From an uncultured Spirochaetaceae bacterium (GTDB taxonomy: Bacteria > Spirochaetota > Spirochaetia > DSM-27196 > SLST01): DNA of 61,480 bases. The stretch covers positions 5,120 to 66,599 of the forward strand of contig CAZICD010000003.1 in NCBI GenBank assembly GCA_964537725.1, in the 5' to 3' direction. Positions within the stretch are counted from its first letter, which is position 1, and every line of letters begins with the position of its first letter. The notes below the pieces were generated by a model that made no database searches, was not told where the DNA came from, and saw nothing but the letters and a program-made list of their open reading frames with translations. Below, in pieces: positions 18,499-30,158 of the stretch. A program made the translations under genes and the position numbers.

Positions 18499-21335
18499 CA
18501 GCGTGGATCGGCTTCGAGGAGCTTTCCGGCTTCCTCCGCCGGAACCGGGCGGCTGAACAGGTAGCCCTGCCCGTACTCGCTGCCGAGCGTGCGGAGCGCG
18601 GTGAGCTGACTGGTCGTCTCGATTCCTTCGGCGATCACGGTCTTGTTCAGACCATGGGCGAGCGAGACGATGTTCGTCACGATCTCGCGACTCTCGGCCT
18701 CGGCCTCCATGTTGCCCACGAAGCTCTGATCGACCTTGAGGACGTCGAAGGGGAATCGATGCAGGTAGCTCAGGCTCGAGTACCCGGTTCCGAAGTCGTC
18801 GATTCCGAGCTGGATGTCCAGCGACTTCAGCCGCTCGAGGATTTGCATGCTCGTCTCAACGTTGCGCATCAGGCCGCTCTCGGTGATTTCCAGCTTGACG
18901 CAACTGGGTTGGACATCGTTCCGGTCGATGATCGCGGCGATGCGGTCGACGATCCCGGGGTGCGTGAACTGCTTCACCGAGAGGTTCACGCTGATCATGA
19001 ACTCACGGTCCGCGCCGAGCGAACGGCGCCACGCGCACGCCTGCTCGAGCGCCCGCGTGAAGACTCGCTCGCCCAATGGGACGATGAGTCCGGTCTCCTC
19101 GGCGAGGCCGATGAACCCTCCCGGAGTGACGACGCCACGCTCCGGATGGATCCAGCGAGCCAGCGCCTCGAATCCCGCGATGCGACCGGTCTCCAGCGAC
19201 ACGAGCGGCTGGAACCAGGGTACGATCCGGTCCTCCTCGATCGCGCGGGTGAGCTCGGCTTCGGTCTGCAGCGCGTCGAGCGCCTCCTCGTACATGGTCG
19301 CGTTGAAGATCTCCGCCCGCGAACGCCCGGCGCTCTTCGCCCGGTACATGGCGGTGTCGGCGTCGCGCAGGATCGACTCCGCATCCTGGTGGTTTTCGGT
19401 GGGCAGAACGATTCCCACGCTCGCGGTCAGCGAAACGGGGCTGCCCGCGAGCTCGAGCGGACGCGCGATCTGCTCCCGGACTTCGCGGGCCATGCCGAGC
19501 GCCCGGCGCGAGTCGGGCACCGGAGCGAGCAGGACGCCGAACTCGTCGCCGCCGAGCCGGGCGACCGTTCCCGAGTCACCCACGAAACGACGCAACCGCT
19601 CGCCGACGCGTTGCAGCACGTCGTCTCCCGCCTTGTGTCCCAGCGACTCGTTGATGACCTTGAACCGGTCGATGTCGAGAAGCATGGCCGCGTACGAGAC
19701 GGATGGATCGCGCTGGGCCAGGGCGATCGTCTGATCGAGTCGTTCGGCGAGGAGCGCCCGGTTGGGGAGGCCGGTGAGCGAATCGTGGAACGCGTCGTGC
19801 AGGAGCTGCGCCTCGGCCCGTTTGCGGTCGGTGACGTCGGTGAAGTAGATGTGGACGTTACCGGCATCGCGAATCGGGTGGTACGTCCATTCCAGGTACA
19901 CGTCGCCCATCTTCGACTCCACCTGGTGCTGTTCGGTGGAGCCGGCGAGCAGCCGTTTCACGACGTCCCGGTGGTTCCCGGGAAGGAGTCCGGTCAGGTC
20001 GGCGTTCTGCTCGTCGAGAAAGCGCTGCGCGGCCGGGTTTCGGTAGACGACCTCACCGTCGGCGTCGGCGGCCAGAACCCCGTTCGGGTTCCGTCGCGGG
20101 AACTCGGCGAGCTGGACGATGTTGTTCACCATCACGGTCGTGTGATCGTAGAGCTCGCGCAGATCGTCGGAGAGATCCGTGCGCAGCCGCGCCGCGTAGT
20201 CGCCGTTGGCGATCCGCCGGGTGTAGTCGATGATGCCGTCCACCGAGCGCGTGACCGTCCTGCGGATCCAGACGAGCAGCGCTGCGACGATCGCGAAGAT
20301 GGCGACCGTCGAGGCGATCGTCGCTATCCGCCACACGACGACGGTGCTCTGCCGGTCGTCGATCGCGGCCTGGATCCCCTGCGTACCCGCGCGGTAGAGT
20401 TCGTCGGTCACGTCGAACAGATGGCGGCCGGTCCCGAGGACGTCCGCGGGTGGCGATGAGCCGCCGTCCATGCGACGGTCGAGCATCCCCATCAGCTCGG
20501 CGTGGGTCGTGCGGAACCTCGCGAGTTGCGTACCGATCGATCGTCGCATGTCAGGACGTGGACCGAACCACCTTGAGTTCTCCGCCTGCGCGAAGTCGAT
20601 GAGCTGCACGATCCGCACGCGCGCGAGGTTGTCGAGGAGCGTCTGGAACGCGGCGAAGCCCTCCGAGCGATTCGGGAAGGCGATGACCTGATTCACGATA
20701 CGGGCGTACTCGGGGAGGTAGACCATGACGCCTCGGATCATGGCGTTCGTATCAAGACCCGGGTCCTGCGTCGCGCCGGAGAGGTCGAGCACCGACGCGC
20801 CCGTTCGCACGAGCGAGTCCAGAAGCGTCGCGTACTTTGCGGCCGTAGGGTCGCTACGGTAGTCGATCCACCGGCGCTCGAGCTCGACCGGCGAGAAGTC
20901 CCCGAGTCCCCGAACGGCGAGTCGCTGCTCATCGATGCCCAGTCGATCCTCCACGGCGGCGTGGTAGTCGAGAAGCCGGTCGAATGCGTCCTGCACCAGG
21001 CTCGCCGGGTTCTCCATCTCCTGCGCGTCGGCATCCGATTCTCCTGGCATGCTCATGTACTCGATCTGCCAGGTCGACAGCGCGTGCTGGACCGCGTAGA
21101 CGCGCCGCGCGTACTCGATCCCGTCGTCCTCGCGGCGTGCGAATCGGGCGTTCGCCGCGAATCCGGCGTCGAGGACGATGACGAGCGCGAGCGTGGGGAT
21201 GACGAAGGCGAGGTAGCCGATGAGCAGCTTGCGCGAGATGGGCAGCCCGCTCAGCCGCGCGCGAAGGCTCCTACTGCCTGCGCTTCCTCGCGATGTAGAT
21301 CTTCCGTTCTGCGACCGGATTGTGTTCTCCTCCAT
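18495..21335 (-). CDS. membrane sensor with HAMP-PAS-GGDEF-EAL domains (c-di-GMP synthase/phosphodiesterase)
   Basis: Motifs RLGGDEFGVLL, FEALARW, DDFGTGYSSL. Two TM helices bracket a large N-terminal sensor domain. ATG 21335 is the only in-frame start upstream of the first TM helix. Confidence 0.85.
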   Translation of the reverse strand: MEENTIRSQNGRSTSRGSAGSRSLRARLSGLPISRKLLIGYLAFVIPTLALVIVLDAGFAANARFARREDDGIEYARRVYAVQHALSTWQIEYMSMPGESDADAQEMENPASLVQDAFDRLLDYHAAVEDRLGIDEQRLAVRGLGDFSPVELERRWIDYRSDPTAAKYATLLDSLVRTGASVLDLSGATQDPGLDTNAMIRGVMVYLPEYARIVNQVIAFPNRSEGFAAFQTLLDNLARVRIVQLIDFAQAENSRWFGPRPDMRRSIGTQLARFRTTHAELMGMLDRRMDGGSSPPADVLGTGRHLFDVTDELYRAGTQGIQAAIDDRQSTVVVWRIATIASTVAIFAIVAALLVWIRRTVTRSVDGIIDYTRRIANGDYAARLRTDLSDDLRELYDHTTVMVNNIVQLAEFPRRNPNGVLAADADGEVVYRNPAAQRFLDEQNADLTGLLPGNHRDVVKRLLAGSTEQHQVESKMGDVYLEWTYHPIRDAGNVHIYFTDVTDRKRAEAQLLHDAFHDSLTGLPNRALLAERLDQTIALAQRDPSVSYAAMLLDIDRFKVINESLGHKAGDDVLQRVGERLRRFVGDSGTVARLGGDEFGVLLAPVPDSRRALGMAREVREQIARPLELAGSPVSLTASVGIVLPTENHQDAESILRDADTAMYRAKSAGRSRAEIFNATMYEEALDALQTEAELTRAIEEDRIVPWFQPLVSLETGRIAGFEALARWIHPERGVVTPGGFIGLAEETGLIVPLGERVFTRALEQACAWRRSLGADREFMISVNLSVKQFTHPGIVDRIAAIIDRNDVQPSCVKLEITESGLMRNVETSMQILERLKSLDIQLGIDDFGTGYSSLSYLHRFPFDVLKVDQSFVGNMEAEAESREIVTNIVSLAHGLNKTVIAEGIETTSQLTALRTLGSEYGQGYLFSRPVPAEEAGKLLEADPRW

Positions 21336-24126
21336 CGTACCAGTGGCGATCCTGTCTCGCTGCGGACGTGCGACCGGCGGTCTCCTGCTCGTACGCCTCG
21401 GCGACCTGCCTCCGGAGCTCGGCGTAGCTGGGAAGCTCCGAGCGGTCGGCGGTCGCGGTCGCGGCCTCCGGTCGTCCCGCCGGCGGCGCACGCCTCAGGC
21501 GCGCGAGCACCCTGCCCATGCGACCCGGCTCGCGCGACGAGTCGTCTGCGCGGTCCCGACGCATGGTGGGCGTCACGATCGAACCGATGGGCAGAACGAG
21601 TTTCTTCACGACGAGCTCGACGATCAGAAGAGCGATCGCGGCCACCAGCAGCCAGCGCCAGAGCGTGTCGCGGAACGTGCTCCCCCCGAGCGCCGTCTCG
21701 AAGAGCGCGTCCGCGTCGTCGGCCGCGAGCACCTCGCCGCCGCCGCGCGCCGCGACGGATGCGAGCCGGTCGAAGTCGGTCTCGAACTGGATGTACTCCC
21801 GAGCGAACGGTACGGAGAGCCCGTACGGTTCGGGCCGATTCTCGTCGTCGCCGAAGACGGTGACGATGTAGCCGCCCTCTCTGCTCGTTTCGAGCTGCGC
21901 CTCGTATCGGCCCGGCTCGGTCTGTTCGAGCGCCACTTCGTACGGATCGCCGCGCGGCGGCTGCACGCGGGCCGAGAGGTCGAGCAGGTTGCGGAAGCTC
22001 CCCTCGGCCGACAGCGCGTCGACGACCATCGTGGTCGTGTCGGCGCCGCGGTCGAAGCGAACCCGGAAGTTGGAGGTCCCGGCCGGCCGCTGCGCCCAGC
22101 GTACCGCCTGCGCGAGGATTTGCTGGTAGCCGTCCCAGCCGAGCCAGTTCACCCCCCACTTCGCGCGCAGATCCGACGTGAACGCGACGCTGCGCCCGAG
22201 GCCGTACTGCCAGCTCGCGAGGACGGGATTGGATCCGGTCCCGGCGAGCACCATCTGGGAGCCGGTCTTCTGGTAGGAGAGTACGAACCCCTCGAGCGGC
22301 GGGATGTCCTCGGGCGCGATGCCTTCGACGATCGGCGTGCGATTGACGAGCCGGGGCACGAAGGTCTCTTCGACGATGAGGTTCCGACTGACGATCGTTG
22401 TCTCGGCGGCGAAGATCCGGGGGACGCTCTTCGAGTCGGCGGTGTGGTAGCTTCGCCCGCCGCCCCAGTCGGCCATGTTGGTCATGAGCTCCCGGTCGGA
22501 GCTCGAGCCGATCGAGACCGTCGACACGGTGATCGAGTCCTCGCCGAGCTCGTCGATGATGCCCTCGAAGTCGGCGTCGTTCGTCAGCCCGTCGGAGAGC
22601 ACGATCAGGTGCTTGACCGCGGCCTCCTGCTCGCTCAGGACGCGGTGCGCCTCGCGCAGCGCGCCTTCGAGCACGGTGCCGCCGCCGGAGGCGAGCCGCG
22701 ACAGGTCGCGGATGATCGTCTGCCGGTCGCCGGCGCGGGTGATGGGCACCGTCCATTCGAAGTCCGCGTCGAAGGCGATCAGCCCGGTCGTGTAGAACGG
22801 GTTCATGATCTCGATCGCGGAGATCACCGCCTCCTTGACCAGGTCGAGCTTCGTCGAGCCGGAGACCTCGACCGCGCCCATGCTGCCCGACTTGTCGATG
22901 ACGAAGACCATCGCGAGCGACGGGATCTTCATCGTGGAGGTCACGTCCATGTCGACCGGCAGCGTCCGCTCGATCGGGGTCCGGTAGTAGCCGCCCGCCC
23001 CGAAGCTCGCGTCGCCGCCGAGCATGAGGAAGCCGCCGCCGGTGTCGCGGACGTACCGCTCGATCGCCTCCATCCGCGGGACCGACATGTCGTACGCCGG
23101 GACGTTGTCGAAGATGACCGCGTCGTAGGGGATGAGGTCGCCGACTTCGGTCGGCATCGCGTCGCTCGGGCGTACCTCGACGTTGATTCCCTGGCTCTCG
23201 AGCGCCGCGAGCACCGGTTCGGCCGGGTCCTGCGCGACGTAGAGCACGGCCGGCTCTCCGGTGACGCGCACGAGCGCCTCCGACTCGTTGTTGATCGCGA
23301 TCGGATCGTCGAGCGTCGAAACCGTGACGCCGTAGCGGTGCACGCCGGTTTCGGCGAACCGTCCCTGAAAGGTGATGACGTTGTCGCCGCGGCCGAGCCG
23401 TACGCGGTCCTCGCCGTAGTACTCGCCGTCGCGGAAGACCGTGACGGTGGCGTCCTTGGTCTCGGTCGCCGAGACGACGACGTTGAACTCGTGGGTCTCG
23501 TCGAGTCTGACTTCAGGCGGCGCGTCGATGCGGCGGACGAAGACCTCGCCCTCCGAAGGCCGCGTGGGAAGCGGCACGGTGAAGACCTCCACGCCGGCGT
23601 CTGATGCGAGCCGGGCGGCGTCCGCGGCGTCGCCGCTGGTCTCCTGGCCGTCGCTGAGCAGCACGATGCGTCGCGGTCGGTCGTCCTCGAAGAGCGAGAG
23701 CGACCGCAGGATCCCCTGCGACAGGTCGGTCGCACTCGTGGTCACGATCGACTCGCGGCTGACCTGGGTGAGCCCGGACTGGAGCCCCCGCTCGACGGCG
23801 ACCTCGTCGCCCACGAGCACGATCGCCGCCCGGTCGTCGGGGGACGCGCGTTCGAGCGCCCGCTCGACGAACGCCCGCGCCTCGCGTGCGCCGTCCGGAC
23901 CGACGCTGTCCGAGACGTCGAGCGCGAAGACGACGTCGATCCCCGTTTCGGCGTCGCTCTGCTGAAGGCCGGCCACGACGAAGACGAGCGCAGCGATCGC
24001 CACGACTCGCAGCACGAGCGGCACGATCCGGCGCACACCGGGGCGTCGCCGACCTACCACGAGCGCGGCGACGAGGAGCGGTACCAGGATCAGCAGCAGC
24101 AGCGCGAGCGGGTAGAGCAGTCTCAT
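21271..24126 (-). CDS. large membrane protein with two VWA domains and a GATase1-like domain
   Basis: MIDAS motifs DVSDS and DKSGS. Also VIFDN...GGGFLMLGGDASFG. N-terminal and C-terminal TM helices. The ATG at 24126 shares 1 nt with the upstream stop. Confidence 0.8.
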   Translation of the reverse strand: MRLLYPLALLLLILVPLLVAALVVGRRRPGVRRIVPLVLRVVAIAALVFVVAGLQQSDAETGIDVVFALDVSDSVGPDGAREARAFVERALERASPDDRAAIVLVGDEVAVERGLQSGLTQVSRESIVTTSATDLSQGILRSLSLFEDDRPRRIVLLSDGQETSGDAADAARLASDAGVEVFTVPLPTRPSEGEVFVRRIDAPPEVRLDETHEFNVVVSATETKDATVTVFRDGEYYGEDRVRLGRGDNVITFQGRFAETGVHRYGVTVSTLDDPIAINNESEALVRVTGEPAVLYVAQDPAEPVLAALESQGINVEVRPSDAMPTEVGDLIPYDAVIFDNVPAYDMSVPRMEAIERYVRDTGGGFLMLGGDASFGAGGYYRTPIERTLPVDMDVTSTMKIPSLAMVFVIDKSGSMGAVEVSGSTKLDLVKEAVISAIEIMNPFYTTGLIAFDADFEWTVPITRAGDRQTIIRDLSRLASGGGTVLEGALREAHRVLSEQEAAVKHLIVLSDGLTNDADFEGIIDELGEDSITVSTVSIGSSSDRELMTNMADWGGGRSYHTADSKSVPRIFAAETTIVSRNLIVEETFVPRLVNRTPIVEGIAPEDIPPLEGFVLSYQKTGSQMVLAGTGSNPVLASWQYGLGRSVAFTSDLRAKWGVNWLGWDGYQQILAQAVRWAQRPAGTSNFRVRFDRGADTTTMVVDALSAEGSFRNLLDLSARVQPPRGDPYEVALEQTEPGRYEAQLETSREGGYIVTVFGDDENRPEPYGLSVPFAREYIQFETDFDRLASVAARGGGEVLAADDADALFETALGGSTFRDTLWRWLLVAAIALLIVELVVKKLVLPIGSIVTPTMRRDRADDSSREPGRMGRVLARLRRAPPAGRPEAATATADRSELPSYAELRRQVAEAYEQETAGRTSAARQDRHWYDGGEHNPVAERKIYIARKRRQ

Positions 24127-25964
24127 CAATGCCTCCGTGCCCAGACGATCCAGTCGGCGACGAGGACGAGGAGCGCGAGCAGCGCGATCCAGTGCCACAC
24201 GGGGTACCCGGCTGCCCCGACGATGACCTGCTCGCCCTCGGTTCGCGTCGCGCTGCCCAGTCTGTTGGCGAGGTCGGATTCGGCGGCGTTGGCGAGCGTT
24301 ACCGCGAAGTGGCTTCGGAACGACTCGCCGCGCACCTCGTACACGCCAGTCTGTTCGGTGCGCGCGAACTCGAACGGACTCGTGCGGGGCGTCGATCGGA
24401 CCACCGTCCCGTCCGGCAGAATCACCACGACCTCTTCGCCCGGCGGAACGTAGAGCGGGACGACGCTGCCCACCGACGCGTAGCCCACGTCTCCCGCCGG
24501 GGCGACCGGCGCGAGCCACTCGATGATGTTGTTCATGAGGACCGGGAAGCTGCCGCGCAGCGCGATGTCCGAGCTCCCCAACGCGAAGGTGGTGCCCACG
24601 AGTGTGAGGTCGTCGCGTCGGTACGTGTAGAGCAACGGCGCCTCGCCGGCGGTGGCGAGGACCGTCGCGCGCGGGTTCATCTCGCCCACCGCGTAGCTCC
24701 CGATCCTGATCTGGTCGAGCCGCACCCCATCGAGGACCGGGTGCGAGGTGCGCACCGACACCGTCTGCTCGAGCTCACGCGTGTCCATCGCCGTGAACGG
24801 GCCGTCGGGAAGCGCGGTTCCGAAGGCCACGACGTTTCCGCGCAGCCGGGCCGGCCCGGAAACCTGGTCGAGGACGAGGATGTCGAAGGCAGAGTCCTGG
24901 TTCACGTCCTCGCCGACGGTGAGCTGGACGCCCGGATAGATCGACAGGAAGGACTCGAGGAAGAGGTTCCCGGGTGTGACGAGCTGCACGCGCACCGGCC
25001 GCTCGCCCGACGCCGCAGCGAACGCGCGGTCGTCCACGCCGAGCGCGTCGTCGTTGTCGACGAGCTCCGCGGTGTAGACGGTACCCTGCGTCCGCGGGAT
25101 GACCGCAGTGATCAGTCGCTCCTCGCCGGGCTCGAGGTCGAGCGACCGGACGGAGACGGGCTCGTCGTCGGCGGTGAGCCTGTAGTCGACGACCGCGGCG
25201 GTGGTCGAGTAGTTCGCGACCGCGGAGAGCACCTCGAAGGCCGAGCCGTCCGGTCGTTCGCGCAGCTCGAAGGAGGTGATCGCGAGGTTTCCGCGCGCGT
25301 CCTCGCCGGTTCCGTCGTCCGCCTCGGTCCCTACGGTCGCGAGCGTGACCGTCTGCGGCAACTCGGCGAGCGCGCCCGGTGAGACCGCGCCGTCGGTCAC
25401 GAAGACGATCTCCGCGTCCGGGCCCGGCGCGAGGCCGCGCAGAAGCGCCACCGCGCGCGCGAGGTCGTTCGGACCGTCGGAGGCCTCGAGCTCGCGGATC
25501 GCCTCGTAGACCGTGGTTCGATCGGCGGTGAAGGTCTGGAGCACCGTCGGTCGAGGGCCGGCGGTCACGAGCATGACGCGGCTGTTCCGCGGCGCCCTGC
25601 CCACGATTTCGCGCGCCCGGTTACGCGCGAGGTCCATCCGCGCGACGCCACCGGCCGCGCTCTGCATGCTCGCGCTGTCGTCGATCATGACGATGATCTC
25701 CCGCGACCCGGTTGTCGCCGCGGTCTCGACGATCGGCTGAGCGAGCGCGAGCGAGGCGAGCAGCGCCGCGATGAGCTGCAGGAGCAGGTTGACGTTGCGC
25801 AGCAGCCGCGGCCGCATTCGCCGCGAGTGCTGATCGGAGATCTCGCGCCACAGATAGAGCGACGAGACCTCCTGTCGGCGCCGCTCCTGGCGGAACAGAT
25901 GGAGCAGGACGATCACCGGGATGGAGAGCAGCAGAAGCAGACCGAGTGGATTCGCGAAGCTCAA
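24126..25964 (-). CDS. BatA-like protein (N-terminal double-TM aerotolerance-regulator domain plus VWA)
   Basis: N-terminus MSFANPLGLLLLLSIPVIVLLHLF and MIDAS DDSAS. The TTG start forms a TTGA overlap with the DUF58 stop. Confidence 0.8.
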   Translation of the reverse strand: MSFANPLGLLLLLSIPVIVLLHLFRQERRRQEVSSLYLWREISDQHSRRMRPRLLRNVNLLLQLIAALLASLALAQPIVETAATTGSREIIVMIDDSASMQSAAGGVARMDLARNRAREIVGRAPRNSRVMLVTAGPRPTVLQTFTADRTTVYEAIRELEASDGPNDLARAVALLRGLAPGPDAEIVFVTDGAVSPGALAELPQTVTLATVGTEADDGTGEDARGNLAITSFELRERPDGSAFEVLSAVANYSTTAAVVDYRLTADDEPVSVRSLDLEPGEERLITAVIPRTQGTVYTAELVDNDDALGVDDRAFAAASGERPVRVQLVTPGNLFLESFLSIYPGVQLTVGEDVNQDSAFDILVLDQVSGPARLRGNVVAFGTALPDGPFTAMDTRELEQTVSVRTSHPVLDGVRLDQIRIGSYAVGEMNPRATVLATAGEAPLLYTYRRDDLTLVGTTFALGSSDIALRGSFPVLMNNIIEWLAPVAPAGDVGYASVGSVVPLYVPPGEEVVVILPDGTVVRSTPRTSPFEFARTEQTGVYEVRGESFRSHFAVTLANAAESDLANRLGSATRTEGEQVIVGAAGYPVWHWIALLALLVLVADWIVWARRH

Positions 25965-26841
25965 TGGACGAAGACCCCCCGTCTGAGATAGCTGAACACG
26001 ACGTCCTCGAACGGGATCCGATTGGTCGTCCGCAGATACTCGATGTCGTGACTGAGGCAGAACTCTTCTATCTCGCCGAAGAAGATGCCGAGTCGTCGCT
26101 TGTATTCGTCCACGGTCTCCGGCTCCACGTTGAGCTCGGTCTCGTCCTCGGTTTCGCCGTCGATCAGCCTGAACGGTCCCTTGAACCTCGGGTCGAGCTC
26201 GTCCTCGGCCATGACCTGGATCAGCATGACGTCGAAGCGACGGTAGAGCAGGGCGCGCAGACCCTCCATGTAGCCGCCCGGGTCGAGGAGGTCGGTCAGC
26301 AGGATCGCCAGCCCGGGACGCTTCGTGCGCAGCGAGTAATCGCGCAGCGTGCGGTTGAAGTCGGTACGGCCGGACGGCTTGAGCGAGGCGATGTAGTCGA
26401 AGATGGAGAAGACGTGCGACGTCTGACGCACCGGCTGCAGCGAGTGCTCGATGCCCTCGGCGAACGCGCTCACGCCCACGCGGTCGAGGTTGTTCACCGC
26501 GAGGTAGCCGAGCGCGGCGGCGAGTCTCCCGGCGTACCAGAGCTTGGTGGGTTCGCCGAACGCCATGGACCGGCTGGTATCGAGCAGGATGTGAACGGTG
26601 AGGTTTTCCTCCGCGGTGAAGACCTTCACGAACAGCCGGTTCAGCCGACTGTAGATGTTCCAGTCGAGGTAGCGGAAGTCATCGCCGGGCTGATAGAGCC
26701 GGTAGTCGGAGAACTCCAGCGAGGCGCCGCGGTTGATGGAGATGTTCTCTCCGCGCGACACGCCGGAGCGGATCTTGCGCGCGAGCAGCGACAGCTGTTC
26801 GAGCTTGCGGAGAAAGGTCTCGTCGAGGAGGGTGTTTGCCA

Positions 26842-26842
<1 letters not shown>
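25961..26842 (-). CDS. DUF58 (vWA-like) protein
   Basis: Motif FSDYRLYQPGDDFRYLDWN and intact MIDAS DTSRS. GTG start shares 1 nt with the MoxR stop. Confidence 0.85.
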
Positions 26843-27847
<1,005 letters not shown>

Positions 27848-27858
<11 letters not shown>

Positions 27859-29386
27859 TCTGTGCTCCTTCCTCGGCTGCGAGTGTCAATCTCAGAAAGT
27901 AGTTGCGGACCAGCCGCTGCAGCTCCGGCGGCGTCTCCTCGCGATTCACCGCTTCTTCGACGATCCGTTCGAAGATCACGTCGCGTTGCTGTTCGGTGAG
28001 CTCGCTCGTCGCCTCCGACGGCAGCTCACGGATGATGATGTCCATGACCGTATTGTCCGTTACGATGCCCTGGATCTCCCGGAAGACGGGGCTCGACCCC
28101 TCGGGTCTGCGATAGTCGTCGTCCATCCGGTCCTCCACCGCGACGCTGCCGCCCTGCTGGCCGCCGGCGTCGTCGCCGCCTTCGCCCGGATCGTCCTCCG
28201 GGGGCACCGGCGGCGCCTGTCCGCCTCGCTCGACGCCCGCGCCCTCGCCGGCAGCTTCTCCGGTGTCGCCCTCCATGCCTTCGGACAGCTCGGCGAGGCC
28301 GGTGCCCATCTGCTGAAGCGCGCGCTGCGACTCCTCGAGATCGCGGGTCAGATCGCTCTGAGCGTCCTCGTCCTGCTGCGGCCGGTTGAGCTGGTCCATC
28401 AGCTCGTCCACGCGCTCCTGATCGAGTCCGAGGTTGGCGTCCGGCGCGCGATCCGGCGTCGCTTCCTCGAGTGCCTCGACCATGTCGGGGATGGTATTTC
28501 CCTCCGACCGCATTCGTGTGAAGAACTCGACGACCTCCTCCTCGCCCATCCCGGATCGCAGCGCGCGACGGATGGTCGACTCGGCGTCGGGCGGGATCTC
28601 CGCGTTCTCGTTGTACTCGAGCGGCGGGGTGCGCTCGAGGTTGCGCATCTGCTCCTCGACGCGCTCGTTGAGCTGTTCGATCTGTCGGCGTGCGTCGCCC
28701 GCCTCGAGGTCGTTTCGTCGCACCTGGTCGCCGAGCCGGAGCATCTCGTCGGCGAGCTGCTGCAGCTCGTCGTTCTCCTCCGCGCGCTGCGCGAGCCGGC
28801 GTCCGGCGTCCTCGAGCGCGAGCAGCTCGTCGGCGTAGGGGACCTCCGGCGGGTCGAACCAGCCGCTCGCGTCGAGGATGAGCAGGATGCCGAGCGCGAC
28901 GGTCAGCGCGGCTACGATGCCCAGGCGACGCGGAGCGGTTGCCGGATAGACCGCGTGCGGGTCGATGTCCTCGGTGCTCTGCTCGGCCTTCTCGACGACG
29001 AGGTGCTCGAAGCTGCCCCGTGCCTTCGCAGCGGTCGACGCGCCGGTTTCGTGTTCGCTGTCGGCGCGCTGCCCGTACTCGTAGCCGGAGACCAGCAGCG
29101 ACTTGAGCCCGTAGGTCCTGTCGGCGTCGATGAGGAAGCGCGACGGATCGCGTCGGCGAACCGCGATGAACACGATCGCGGCGACGATCGCGGCGCCGTT
29201 GACGACGAGGAGCGTCCTGCCTATCGCGAAGGAGAGCGAGAAGACGACCCGCACGACCAGCGCGACGAGCGAGACGCCCAGGCTGATCGCGAGCGCGCTC
29301 ACGGCGATCTCCACGAGGAGGAGGATCCGCCACCGCATCTCGAGCAGATGCGCCAGGTCGGTGAGGTTGGGGGTACGATCATGCAT
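27848..29386 (-). CDS. hypothetical membrane-anchored protein with acidic and coiled-coil-like regions
   Basis: Three hydrophobic helices, then long charged E/D/R/Q/L-rich stretches that look coiled-coil-like (not tested) and a Gly/Asp/Glu/Pro-rich low-complexity segment. ATG 29386 has GGGAG 10 nt upstream. The alternative start is GTG 29395. Confidence 0.6.
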
Positions 29387-30158
29387 GCTGTTCACGCTCC
29401 CGTTCGGCGATGCGGCGGTGCCGCGCGAGCGAATACCAGTACAACGCCACCAGCGCGGCGATCGTTACGACGAGCGGCATTCCGGATGAGAAGAGCGGGT
29501 GCTCGACCAGCGACGTAGCCGTGCCGGTACGCATGAGCGGCGAGTCCTCCGCGTGCTGCGCGATGACCGCGTAGATGGGATTGAGAGGCTGGTAGAACTG
29601 GATGGTGGCGACGAACAGGACGGCCACGAAGATCCACCCTCCGATGACGCGGATCACGTAGCGGGTCTCGCCCGCGTGACTGATGAGCATCCCGGCCAGT
29701 CGCCCGGCAATTCCCGAAAGCAGCACGATTACCTCGCTCGCGAGCACGGCGGCGATGGGGATGCCCGCCGGGCCGGCCGCGATCACCGCGAACGGCACGA
29801 AGACGACGGTCAGCATCAGCGTATGGACGAAGCCGGCGAGGATCTTCCCGCGCGCGAGGACGCCCACGGGAAGCGCCGTGCGCTCGAGCCATTCGGAGTA
29901 GCGGATGATCTGTGCGTCCGCGAGCCGGTCGAGCCCCGCGTAGAGGCTCAGCCCGGTGACGGCGAGCACGTGCACGATGACCGTCGCCTGAAAGACCGCG
30001 GGGACGCTCTCGGTACGGAAGAAGTACATGAAGCCGCGGCTCGGCCACAGCGCGAAGGTCATCAGCACAGCCCCCGCAAGCGAGACGAGGTGGAAGATCA
30101 GATACTCCCGACGGCGCAGGTAGACCTGCGCGGCCTCCTCGAGAATGGGGTTCTTCAC
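29379..30158 (-). CDS. hypothetical polytopic membrane protein (about six helices; resembles an ABC-2 permease in shape only)
   Basis: GTG 30158 forms a GTGA overlap with the upstream stop. Hydrophobic throughout. No ATPase partner is present. Confidence 0.6.
   Translation of the reverse strand: MKNPILEEAAQVYLRRREYLIFHLVSLAGAVLMTFALWPSRGFMYFFRTESVPAVFQATVIVHVLAVTGLSLYAGLDRLADAQIIRYSEWLERTALPVGVLARGKILAGFVHTLMLTVVFVPFAVIAAGPAGIPIAAVLASEVIVLLSGIAGRLAGMLISHAGETRYVIRVIGGWIFVAVLFVATIQFYQPLNPIYAVIAQHAEDSPLMRTGTATSLVEHPLFSSGMPLVVTIAALVALYWYSLARHRRIAEREREQHA

Noticed and set aside
18654-20459. 601-aa plus-strand ORF antisense to the GGDEF-EAL gene
   Set aside because: No domain motifs and biased composition. 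The opposite frame contains GGDEF, EAL and DDFGTGYSS.
21220-23604. 794-aa plus-strand ORF (and the 501-aa minus-strand ORF 21251..22756 in another frame)
   Set aside because: Low-complexity R/D/E/G/A composition. It overlaps the double-VWA gene, whose frame carries two MIDAS motifs and TM helices.
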